Assembly (NCBI GenBank): GCA_964432255.1
Contig: CAYSMN010000003.1
Location: 1-30,618 of the forward strand
DNA from: an uncultured Methanosarcinales archaeon
GTDB lineage: Archaea; Nanobdellota; Nanobdellia; Woesearchaeales; ARS49
DNA: 30,618 bases
Reading direction: 5' to 3'
The position numbers and the translations under genes were made by a program. Shown here one piece after another: positions 6,996 to 15,395 of this stretch. Numbering within the stretch: position 1 is the first letter of the stretch; each line of letters opens with the position of its first letter. Below the pieces are notes generated by a model that made no database searches, was not told where the DNA came from, and was given only the letters and a program-made list of their open reading frames with translations.

Positions 6996-7700
6996 TTACA
7001 ATCCGAGTTTTCGTGCCAAATCCTGTGCTTCTGCCAGTTGTTCAGGCGTTCCGATGTCCATAATGTGGCTGCATATTTCGTATTCAAACTCGATTCCTTT
7101 GTCGATGAGCATTTGTATTGCCTCTGGAAGCCAGTATTCTCCTTTTGGCCCTTGTTTTACTTCTTTGCACGCTTTGAAAATTTCGTGGGGTAGTATGTAA
7201 ACGCTTAAATTTGCAAGGTTTGTCGGTGGCTGTTCTGGTTTTTCTATTATGCGCAATACTTTTTTTCCTTCCGTGACGAGTATTCCGTATCTTCTGCCGT
7301 CCTCTACTTCGGTGCAGGTGAATACTCCTGGCGAAGTGTGCTTCAAGAGTCTTTTGAGCAAGTGTGTTTCGAAGAGCGAATCACAAGCGATAACCAGAAA
7401 TCGTTTGTCGGTTATGTAATGCTCTGCGCGCGCAATCGCGTCTGCTGAGCCCTTTAATTCCGGCTGTTCAACATAAGTTATTTTGAGTCCGAACTTCGAG
7501 CCGTTTCCAAAATATTTAGTGATTTGTTCCTTGAGATAGTTGACGATGATGACGACTTCGGTAACTCCGACTGTTTTTACTTGTTCTAGTATTATTTGCA
7601 GCATCGGCTTGCTATTGATTGGGAGCATTGCCTTAGGAATGGTGTCTGTAAGTGGCTGTAGTCTTGTTCCTCTTCCTGCCGCTAGTATGATTGCTTGCAT
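6996..7700 (-). CDS. Sugar-1-phosphate nucleotidyltransferase (RmlA/GlmU-N-like, no hexapeptide tail)
   Basis: ILAAGRGTRLQPLTDTIPKAM, EQPELKGSADA, YGIL, IIEKP and DIGTPE. Sugar specificity cannot be determined. Confidence 0.92.
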   Translation of the reverse strand: MQAIILAAGRGTRLQPLTDTIPKAMLPINSKPMLQIILEQVKTVGVTEVVIIVNYLKEQITKYFGNGSKFGLKITYVEQPELKGSADAIARAEHYITDKRFLVIACDSLFETHLLKRLLKHTSPGVFTCTEVEDGRRYGILVTEGKKVLRIIEKPEQPPTNLANLSVYILPHEIFKACKEVKQGPKGEYWLPEAIQMLIDKGIEFEYEICSHIMDIGTPEQLAEAQDLARKLGL

Positions 7701-7722
7701 GCAGTATTGGAAAACAGCTGTG

Positions 7723-7732
7723 TTTTATAAAA
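7723..7732 (-). promoter_or_regulatory. TATA box of the nucleotidyltransferase gene
   Basis: TTTTATAAAA 22 nt upstream of the minus-strand ATG at 7700. Confidence 0.6.
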
Positions 7733-7753
7733 GTTTAGAAGCTTATTAGATAC

Positions 7754-7841
7754 TATAGTGTGCGTAAAGTTTTTAAATGCCATTTATAATAAGGTAGCAC
7801 AGTGGGAAATATAGTGATTTGTATTTGAAAAGGGGAGACAA
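7754..7841 (+). promoter_or_regulatory. Promoter and leader of giant surface protein 1
   Basis: TATAGTGTGCG at 7754, AAAG-TTTTTAAAT (BRE/TATA-like) ending at 7778, and SD-like AGGGGAG at 7831-7837 before the GTG start. Confidence 0.55.
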
Positions 7842-10800
7842 GTGAATACCAAGAAACTGTTAGGTGTATTCATTCTAATAGCGGTAGTCATTGGTTTCTC
7901 TTTGGGGGTTGCAGGCCAGCAGACCGATGAAAGTCCTGGGTTTTTCTCTTCGTTGTGGTCGTGGGTTGTTGGTTTCTTCAAATCTTTTGCAGGCATTTCT
8001 GGTGCTGCTCAAGTAAGTCCTCAGTCCGTGTGTGGTAATGGTGTTTGGGAGCCTGGCGAGATTTGTGACCAGTCAGGTTCTCCTAGCGGTTGCAGCCCGG
8101 GGCTGTTTTGCAATAATTGTTATACGTGCACGACATGTGGCAATGGCGTTGTTGATGTCGGTGAAGTGTGTGATGGCTCTGCAAGTCCGGCTGGTTGTCC
8201 GCTTGGTGAGACGTGTTATTATAACTGTGATGCATGCGGAGCTGCGACTCCAACACCAACGCCTACTCCTACTCCAACTTCTACATCCATAGCAACTCCT
8301 ACTCCAACGCCGACTCCTACGCCTACTCCGACTGCCAGTCCTACCCCAACGCCTACTCCTACTCCGACTCCTACTCCGACGCCTACTCCTACTCCAACGC
8401 CGACTCCTACTCCGACTCCCACGCCTCCTGGTGCTACGCCAGAGCCTACTCCTACCCCAACGCCAACTCCTACTCTGAGGCCTACGCCAACTTCAACGAC
8501 GACTACCGGCGATAGTACTCCGCGTTGCTGCTGTTGGTGTCCTAATCTTCCTCCGGGCAGTGTCACCCCGCAAATTATCCCAGTAGACCAGTGCGGTGGT
8601 TATCCTGGTGCAATTGGTGGCAATTTCTGTGCAGGCGGGCCCGGGATATGTGATGAGAGCAAATGTAAGGAACAGCCTACTTATGTGACGCCTGCACCCA
8701 CTCCCACACCAACTCCTACGCCAACTCCTACGCCTCGGACTGATTGTTGTGCATGCGTACAGGATTGCGAGAACGAGAAAACAACTGGAATGCCTATTGC
8801 TGCTTTGCAGATGGCCAATCCAGATGTTAACGTCGTGCCTGGTGCAAGAGAATTCTTTTGGACAATTGATTGTCCTAATGTGTGTAATAATTTGGCATTT
8901 AATGACTGTCCTCTTGGTTTTGAAGCGCGCTGTATCAGCCAGAGTGACCCTGATATAGATGACTGGTGCGATACTAAGATATGTGGCGATAAAAAAGTTG
9001 ATTGTTTGAATTCTGACTGCCAGTGTGAGGAGTGTGATGAGGGCGGTTGGGGCGTGATTGATGTAGACGACAATGGTAACGATGTTTACTGCAATCCGCA
9101 GTGTAAGAAAGTTAAATGCGCGGATATTCCGTGTGATGAGGCCGAGTGTGAGAACATGGCCCAGGCATCTGGTGCTGGGGCAGGCACTGGCTCGGGTTTC
9201 CCAAGTTCCTTCTTTACCAGTAGTTTTGGGAATAATTGGTATTGCGGCAACACTTGGCATGCTGATGACCACTGTGTGACAGAACCAGACCTTCTTCTTG
9301 GCGAAGTAGCGGATGCAGCTTTTAATTTTGGTCATTGTATTCCTCGTGAGTGGGAGGACAGTTCAGGAGCTCCAGACCAGCCGCCTGCTGAACCTGATAA
9401 GTATTGTCCTGATTGTGGTTTGGAGCCTGTGCCGTGTGTTGAATTTATTACAAATTTTGCTGGTTCCTGCTGTAATTCTGAGGATGCTTTCCTTGGCGAG
9501 CTTATTCCTGAGCCTGCGTTCCAGCCAGGGCTTCAATATTCTGGTCCTGCCGGTGCTGCGGTGTACAATCCATTCTTTACGCCTGAGCAGGTGCAGAATC
9601 CTGATTTCCAGACTCAGCCGATGTCTGCCAATCCTTTCTTCAGTGTGAACAATGTTCAAAACCCGTCTTTTGTCGGCATTCAGAACATTCAAAATCCGTA
9701 CTTTAGCGGTGTTCCTCAGCCGTTGGTCGGTCCTGAAGCGTCGTGCGAGCCGAGTATGCTTCGTGATTTGATGCGTTTGACAACTCTTTCAACTATGGGC
9801 GGTGGCTTTGGTGGAACAGATTTTGATTCTATTAACGCCGATTTCCCCGGCGTGATGGGATTGTTCCAGTCATTGTGCTGTCCGAAGGATGAGTGTGGTA
9901 ATGATGAGCTTGATGATGGTGAGGAATGTGATCCTCCGAACTCCGCCTGTTCTGGGGGCAGGGTGTGTTCAGTTGACTGCATGTGCACGCGTCCAACGTG
10001 TGGTGATGGTGTTCTTGATCCTGGGGAGCGCTGTGATCCTGGAAGGCTTGTTGCGTATGATGAGCCTGTGCCTCCTCTTGGCGCTGCTGAACTGCTGGTA
10101 GGCTCTGCCGACACGAGAACAATTGGCAGCTCGGATTCTGGGTATATACAGTCTGGTTATGGTGTTATTCCAGGCACTGGGTGGCAGGAGCCTCCTCCTG
10201 GTTATAACGTGCAGGGCACAGTGTATCAGTCCGGAGTTACTGGAGCAAGTGCGTATCAGTCTCAGCCTCCTCCTGGATACGTTGCAGCTCCTGGTTATAA
10301 TTATCAGTCAGGTCTTCCAGGCTTTACTGTTTCTGGAACTCCTGGTTACGAATCTGGCTTTGGATTTGGCTACACGCCTGGCACCAGTTCAAGTTACATT
10401 TTCGGTACTGGTTACCAGCAGCCGAATGTTGTTGGGTATGGGCCGATGTATTCAACAGTCTCTTCTGCTCAGAAAGCATTGGTAAAGCCTATGATTCTTG
10501 GGTTTACTGAAGCGTTTACGTATCCGTTCAATACGTTGAGTGATGCGACTGTTGCAGCAAGAGAAGGCGCTCCATACTTGTGCGACGATGAGTGTGATTG
10601 GGTTATTTGCGGTGATGGATCTGTTGAGGGTGATGAGTGTTGCGATCCTCCGAATGGTCAGACGTGTTTTGAGGGTTGTACGTGTTTGCCAAAGTGTGGT
10701 GATGACAATCTTGATCCTGGCGAGGAGTGTGAGCGTCCTGGTGATTTGTGCATGACTGTTCTTGGAGCTAATGGGATATGTAACAGGAATTGCCAGTGCA

Positions 10801-13800
10801 AGAAGCCAGGCTGTGGTGATAGTATTGTTGACCCTGAAGGCATTGACGGTATTTTTGGAACTGCTGATGATGAAAACTGCGATCCTCCTGGCCAGGTGAA
10901 GAATGCTCAAATCTGTTCAGATGAATGTAAATGGACTACGTGGACTTGCGGCGATGGTCTGGCAGAACCTGATGGGCAGGATGGTGTTGAAGGAACTTAT
11001 GATGATGAAGAATGCGGCGAGCCTGGTTTGTCTTGTGAGGAAGGCTTGTCGTGCGTGAGGTGCAGGTGTGTACTTCCGTTCTGTGGTGATGGAGTGCAGC
11101 AGAGCAATGAGGAGTGCGAGCCTCCGGGTGTTGGCGATTGTAATTACGATTGCACAAAGTCTAAATGTCCTGATGGCAAGGTTGGTCCTAATGAGGACTG
11201 CGAGCCGAGAGGCGCTTGTGATCCTGAGTGTGGCTCTGACTGCAAATATAATTGTGGTAATGGCAGGCTGGATTGTGGTGAATCATGTGATGAGTCTGTT
11301 TCAGGCATGGAATCAACCTGCCAGTATTGTCAGCCGTTGTGGCCTCCGGTCTGTGGAAATGGAAAGAAAGAGAAGGGCGAGCAGTGCGAGCCTCCTGGTA
11401 CTACAAATTGCGATGAATATTGTCAGGTGAAATTGTGCGATCTGGACAACGGTGAATGCTGCGCGAATCCATGTTTGCCTCAATGTGGTGATACTGGGTG
11501 CGGCTGTGATGAACCGTGCTGTGGCGAGCAGTGTTGCGGCGAATGTCCTCCGCCTGTTCCTCCGCCTCAGCTTCCGGTTATTGATGCAAAGGTTGTATGC
11601 ACTTCAGAATGTGCGAGCGCTGAATATGGGGATGATAATTCATTGACTGTTCAGCAGGAGCGTGCCTTGAGAAAGGCCACAGATAAGGACGTCATTTCAG
11701 TTGTTGCCGTTGATAGTTGTTGTGCTGGTGACTCTTTGAGGTTTACTCAGAGCGTTCCGAATAATTATGCGAACGTTGAGGCGTTTGCCCTCAGCGGTGA
11801 TGATGTGATGAGTTTGGACCGCACGATTGGGCAGGGAGTAGTTTGCGGCGGATTTACAACCGACCAGATAATCGATAATCCTGGTTGCGTTCAGTGCATC
11901 CAGCGTCCTGAAGGATTGGTCAGCTGGTGGCCTGCTGATAAGCATACGAATGACATTCAAGGCAATAACCCTGGTACACTCGTGCTTGGTACAAATGGTA
12001 ATGTGAATCCTGATGCGGCGTTTGCTGATGGAATGGTGCTGGAAGCTTTCAATCTTGACGGGCTTGATGATTTTGTCAGGATGGGTGATGTTCTTGATCC
12101 AGGGTTGTCCAGCTTTACGATAGATGCGTGGTTTAAGCTGAGCGAGGAGCCTTCTGAGTTCGCTATTCTTCAGAAGGGTTCTTATGGTATTTTTGGCGAT
12201 GCAAAGAATATCTGGTTCGGTGTAAGCGATGGTGTTCATCAGGTTTTCGCAACCGCGTTGCTGCCCTCCTTGTACGAATTCCACCACGTTACTGGAGTGC
12301 TTGACAGGGACAAGAGTGTTATTAAATTGTACATCGACGGAGCTTTAGCAGACTATCAGGATTATGGCGCTCTTGGAATAGATTTGGGCAGTATAGAGAA
12401 TGATAACTCATTCTCAATCGGTGCAGTTGACTCGCGAGAGCCGTCTAAATTCTTCCATGGCTTGATTGACGAGGTCGAATTCTTCTACAGGCCGGTTGGT
12501 CTTGGTGAAGTGAAATCTATTGTTGGCGCGTGGCATGCGGGCAAGTGTAAGTCTTGCGTGCTGCCGCCTTATGATTTGGTCAGCTGGTGGACCGGCGACA
12601 GGCATACGAGAGATGTTATGGACTCAAATCACGGGCTCTTGGTGCTCGGAACTCAGGGCAACACATTTGTAGTGAACGCGTATGCTGACGGATTGGTCGA
12701 TAAAGCGTTCAAGCTTGATGGAATTGATGACTTTGTGCTGGTTAATGACAGGAATAATCTTGATATCATCCGCGAGCTTACAATTGACATGTGGTTGAAT
12801 CAGGATGGACCAAGTAATCGTTATGTAATTTCCAAACTGCCTGGTGATTCACAGGGTAATTATGGCTTGCAGGTCTTGGAAGATGGCAAGTTAAGATTTG
12901 TTACGTTTGATACAGAGCCGCGTTTTGTTGACAGTGCTTCTGGTGTTCAGCCGAAAAAGTGGAATCATGTTGCAGTCACGATTGATGCGCAGGCGAAGGA
13001 AGTCAGGTTCTATATTGATGGAAAATTGGATGCAGTCAGGAACTGGCCGTATCCATTGCCTGCAAATAATGCGCCTTTGACTATCGGTGCTGGCGAGAAA
13101 GGAGCGCCGGGCAACTTTAACGGATTGATTGACGAAGTCGAAATATTTGACCGTGCTTTGAAAGAAGAGGAAATCTTGGCAATTGTCAGTGCTGACAAGC
13201 ATGGCAAGTGTAAGCCGTATTGCGAGGAGAAAGTGCATGATTATTATGTTGACGAGTTGGAAATGCATTTGGTGCAGGAATCTGTCACGAGCAGTGTTTC
13301 TTCAGAGCTGCCTCATTTTGAGATTGCTACTTCATTTGGCCAGCCGATTGAGATCGAAATGCATAACCTTGCTGGTGTTGTTGGTGTAACGGTTAAGCAT
13401 CCTTCTGGTCCATTGCGTGTTGATAATTCTGAAATGCGCGCAGAGAGCGGGTTTATGTTAGAGCTTGACAACTACTCACCTCCCGCTTCTCTTGGCGTGA
13501 AGGTTCCTGTTCCTGTTGATGATTTAACAGCAAGTTTGTACGTGATGCTTGGGGACACCTGGGTGAATGTTGACGCATCCAGAGTTGGCAATAAGCTGGT
13601 TGCCAAGCTGATGCCTAGTGATATTGACAAGTACTTTGTGAAGCAGGGCAACAAGTTGGTGGCATTGTTTGCAGTTTTGTCTGTTGTTGGTGCAGAAAAC
13701 ATGGCCGATAAGTTTGTTAAGTTATATGATGGCGGAGCTCAGACTGCAGTAGTATTTGTGCATGGTCTGACTACTAACCAAGTCAGCTTGAGAAAATTTG

Positions 13801-14972
13801 TTTTCGAGTATGAGCGTATGAAGGACTCGTCGAGAGTGTATGGGTTCTTCTATTCGCCGACCAAAACTCTTGAAGAATTGGCAAAGGAGTTTGCAGAACT
13901 GGCATCTTCCCGTTTGCTGGAAGACGGCATTTCTGAAGTGTACATTGTGCCGTATTCGTTTGGAGGTATTGTGGCGCAGGAAGCGTTGAAATACTCAAAG
14001 GATAATGGTTTGGCGCTTTACTCATTGACTAACAAGGTTGTGTACATCGGCACTCCGTTTGGCGGCGTGCAGATTATTGACGTGTGGAAGGATTTCTTGT
14101 CTTATATCGTGAATACGCCTGTTGCCTCAGGAAGATTGAACATTGACAAGAGCATTCTTGAAGTGCTGGCTAAAGGAAGGCAGCTGCCAGAGCCGAGTGA
14201 TAATGCTGAGCACGGCTTGGTTATTGGCACGCGGGGCTATCCGTTTACCAGCAAGTTCTTCGATAAGCCTAATGATGGTGTTGTTGACGTTGCTCGCGCT
14301 CGGCCTACATGGTTTGAGGAAAGGGCAGTTTGCGATCCGAATGTGTTGAAAGTGCATTTGACGCATGACCAGCTGCCGGGCGCTTATCCTGTTCGTGATT
14401 TCGTGTACAAGCTGACAAACAGCGAAAAAGCAGCCCAAAATCCGGATGAGGCAATTCTTGGCTACAGCCAGAGTGTTGATGTGAAGCAAGGAAGTTGCCA
14501 TCCTGGCGATAAGATCGTGATTGTTGGAGAATTGATTCCGGAAGAAGCACGGCCTCATGCGTGCTCGTGCGGAGATGGCGTGTGCGGTATTGGTGAGGAC
14601 TTCAGGAGTTGTCCGGTTGACTGCGCCAGTGTATGGCAGAAGTTTAATGTGTGCTTGTACATTCCGTGGACAACTGATTTCCTGTTGCTGGCCTTATTGA
14701 TAATTTCTGTTGTCTATATTTATCGCAAGGAGAGGACTCACGATCGTGGAAAAGGATTCATTGTCCTGTTTGTAATCTTGGCTATTGTTTCTGTGGCTGT
14801 TGCCGCTCACTATTTCAATTGCCGTTATGTGTTGCCGTTGTCAATTTTGCTTCTGCTGATTAATGTTTTGTTGATGATTGTAGCATTGGTTCACTTCAGA
14901 AAGCCTAAGGGGGCCAAGCCGATTGAGCATTCTTTGAAGAGGCTTGAGGAACTCTTCCATAAAGTTAAATAA
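7842..14972 (+). CDS. Giant membrane-anchored surface protein (2376 aa)
   Basis: Uninterrupted ORF: signal peptide; about 12 CG[DN]G..E.CD modules (Myxococcus Cys-rich/DUF4215-like); Pro-Thr tracts; two LamG-like domains (about 11895-12548 and 12552-13212); an alpha/beta-hydrolase domain (VFVHG, PYSFGG, NDGVV, LTH); a CGDGVC..E....CPVDC module; three C-terminal TM helices and a basic tail. Confidence 0.93.
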   Translation: MNTKKLLGVFILIAVVIGFSLGVAGQQTDESPGFFSSLWSWVVGFFKSFAGISGAAQVSPQSVCGNGVWEPGEICDQSGSPSGCSPGLFCNNCYTCTTCGNGVVDVGEVCDGSASPAGCPLGETCYYNCDACGAATPTPTPTPTPTSTSIATPTPTPTPTPTPTASPTPTPTPTPTPTPTPTPTPTPTPTPTPTPPGATPEPTPTPTPTPTLRPTPTSTTTTGDSTPRCCCWCPNLPPGSVTPQIIPVDQCGGYPGAIGGNFCAGGPGICDESKCKEQPTYVTPAPTPTPTPTPTPTPRTDCCACVQDCENEKTTGMPIAALQMANPDVNVVPGAREFFWTIDCPNVCNNLAFNDCPLGFEARCISQSDPDIDDWCDTKICGDKKVDCLNSDCQCEECDEGGWGVIDVDDNGNDVYCNPQCKKVKCADIPCDEAECENMAQASGAGAGTGSGFPSSFFTSSFGNNWYCGNTWHADDHCVTEPDLLLGEVADAAFNFGHCIPREWEDSSGAPDQPPAEPDKYCPDCGLEPVPCVEFITNFAGSCCNSEDAFLGELIPEPAFQPGLQYSGPAGAAVYNPFFTPEQVQNPDFQTQPMSANPFFSVNNVQNPSFVGIQNIQNPYFSGVPQPLVGPEASCEPSMLRDLMRLTTLSTMGGGFGGTDFDSINADFPGVMGLFQSLCCPKDECGNDELDDGEECDPPNSACSGGRVCSVDCMCTRPTCGDGVLDPGERCDPGRLVAYDEPVPPLGAAELLVGSADTRTIGSSDSGYIQSGYGVIPGTGWQEPPPGYNVQGTVYQSGVTGASAYQSQPPPGYVAAPGYNYQSGLPGFTVSGTPGYESGFGFGYTPGTSSSYIFGTGYQQPNVVGYGPMYSTVSSAQKALVKPMILGFTEAFTYPFNTLSDATVAAREGAPYLCDDECDWVICGDGSVEGDECCDPPNGQTCFEGCTCLPKCGDDNLDPGEECERPGDLCMTVLGANGICNRNCQCKKPGCGDSIVDPEGIDGIFGTADDENCDPPGQVKNAQICSDECKWTTWTCGDGLAEPDGQDGVEGTYDDEECGEPGLSCEEGLSCVRCRCVLPFCGDGVQQSNEECEPPGVGDCNYDCTKSKCPDGKVGPNEDCEPRGACDPECGSDCKYNCGNGRLDCGESCDESVSGMESTCQYCQPLWPPVCGNGKKEKGEQCEPPGTTNCDEYCQVKLCDLDNGECCANPCLPQCGDTGCGCDEPCCGEQCCGECPPPVPPPQLPVIDAKVVCTSECASAEYGDDNSLTVQQERALRKATDKDVISVVAVDSCCAGDSLRFTQSVPNNYANVEAFALSGDDVMSLDRTIGQGVVCGGFTTDQIIDNPGCVQCIQRPEGLVSWWPADKHTNDIQGNNPGTLVLGTNGNVNPDAAFADGMVLEAFNLDGLDDFVRMGDVLDPGLSSFTIDAWFKLSEEPSEFAILQKGSYGIFGDAKNIWFGVSDGVHQVFATALLPSLYEFHHVTGVLDRDKSVIKLYIDGALADYQDYGALGIDLGSIENDNSFSIGAVDSREPSKFFHGLIDEVEFFYRPVGLGEVKSIVGAWHAGKCKSCVLPPYDLVSWWTGDRHTRDVMDSNHGLLVLGTQGNTFVVNAYADGLVDKAFKLDGIDDFVLVNDRNNLDIIRELTIDMWLNQDGPSNRYVISKLPGDSQGNYGLQVLEDGKLRFVTFDTEPRFVDSASGVQPKKWNHVAVTIDAQAKEVRFYIDGKLDAVRNWPYPLPANNAPLTIGAGEKGAPGNFNGLIDEVEIFDRALKEEEILAIVSADKHGKCKPYCEEKVHDYYVDELEMHLVQESVTSSVSSELPHFEIATSFGQPIEIEMHNLAGVVGVTVKHPSGPLRVDNSEMRAESGFMLELDNYSPPASLGVKVPVPVDDLTASLYVMLGDTWVNVDASRVGNKLVAKLMPSDIDKYFVKQGNKLVALFAVLSVVGAENMADKFVKLYDGGAQTAVVFVHGLTTNQVSLRKFVFEYERMKDSSRVYGFFYSPTKTLEELAKEFAELASSRLLEDGISEVYIVPYSFGGIVAQEALKYSKDNGLALYSLTNKVVYIGTPFGGVQIIDVWKDFLSYIVNTPVASGRLNIDKSILEVLAKGRQLPEPSDNAEHGLVIGTRGYPFTSKFFDKPNDGVVDVARARPTWFEERAVCDPNVLKVHLTHDQLPGAYPVRDFVYKLTNSEKAAQNPDEAILGYSQSVDVKQGSCHPGDKIVIVGELIPEEARPHACSCGDGVCGIGEDFRSCPVDCASVWQKFNVCLYIPWTTDFLLLALLIISVVYIYRKERTHDRGKGFIVLFVILAIVSVAVAAHYFNCRYVLPLSILLLLINVLLMIVALVHFRKPKGAKPIEHSLKRLEELFHKVK
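8247..8506 (+). repeat. (Thr-Pro)n coding tandem repeat, mucin-like stalk
   Basis: Degenerate ACN-CCN hexamer repeat encoding about 85 aa of TPTPTP; a shorter second tract lies at about 8688-8738. Confidence 0.95.
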
Positions 14973-14975
14973 AAA

Positions 14976-15317
14976 TTACTGCGTTATAATCGCGACGCCG
15001 CCGATTATAAGAATGATGCCGAGCCATTTTATGGCAGGGAATTTTTCTCCAAGGAAAGATATCGAGAACAGCGTGACCCAGATGTAGCTGGTCGCGATGA
15101 TAGGATAGGCTATTGACAGGTTGCTGAATTTTAGGGCAATTATGAAGAGGATGGTTGAGGTTGCGTATAATGCGATTCCTACAATAAGTTTCCAATTGAA
15201 TAGCCACGAGGTGATATCGGCGCTGATGTCTTTTGAGCCGAGTTTGAAAAAGAGCTGGCCAAAACCGCCAAGGAGTGCGCAGAAGAGCACGAGTCCGATG
15301 AGTGCAAGTTTTTGCAT
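14976..15317 (-). CDS. SMR/EamA-like (ArnE/ArnF-type) small 4-TM transporter, candidate lipid-linked sugar flippase
   Basis: GQLFFKLG, ALKFSNLSIAYPIIATSYIW and FLGEK. A TATA box about 23 nt upstream supports the MQK start at 15317. Confidence 0.8.
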   Translation of the reverse strand: MQKLALIGLVLFCALLGGFGQLFFKLGSKDISADITSWLFNWKLIVGIALYATSTILFIIALKFSNLSIAYPIIATSYIWVTLFSISFLGEKFPAIKWLGIILIIGGVAIITQ

Positions 15318-15340
15318 GGTGCTGTTGCCGCGCGCATAGT

Positions 15341-15372
15341 ATATAAAAGTTGCTCTCCATAACATTTAAATA
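15341..15372. promoter_or_regulatory. Back-to-back TATA boxes for the SMR gene (-) and the Pmt fusion gene (+)
   Basis: Minus-strand TTTTATAT at 15341-15348 and plus-strand TTTAAATA at 15365-15372, each about 23 nt from its ATG. Confidence 0.6.
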
Positions 15373-15395
15373 AGTCGCTGACCGGCGCATTTGAA

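Noticed and set aside
8219-8566. Minus-strand (Val-Gly)n ORF and the alternative-frame Y/S/N-rich ORF 8234..8515
   Set aside because: Shadows of the Thr-Pro repeat; the + frame continues into a coherent 2376-aa protein.
10187-10280. PPxY and NPF motifs as evidence of eukaryotic host-protein mimicry
   Set aside because: They lie in a predicted extracellular region, short motifs arise easily in low-complexity sequence, and nothing indicates a eukaryotic host.
8493-14558. Numerous 60-280 aa antisense or off-frame ORFs inside the giant gene
   Set aside because: Expected by-products of a long biased ORF, with no motifs or promoters.
15318-15365. N-terminal extension of the SMR protein
   Set aside because: It spans the TATA box; the MQK start gives a typical size of about 110 aa.
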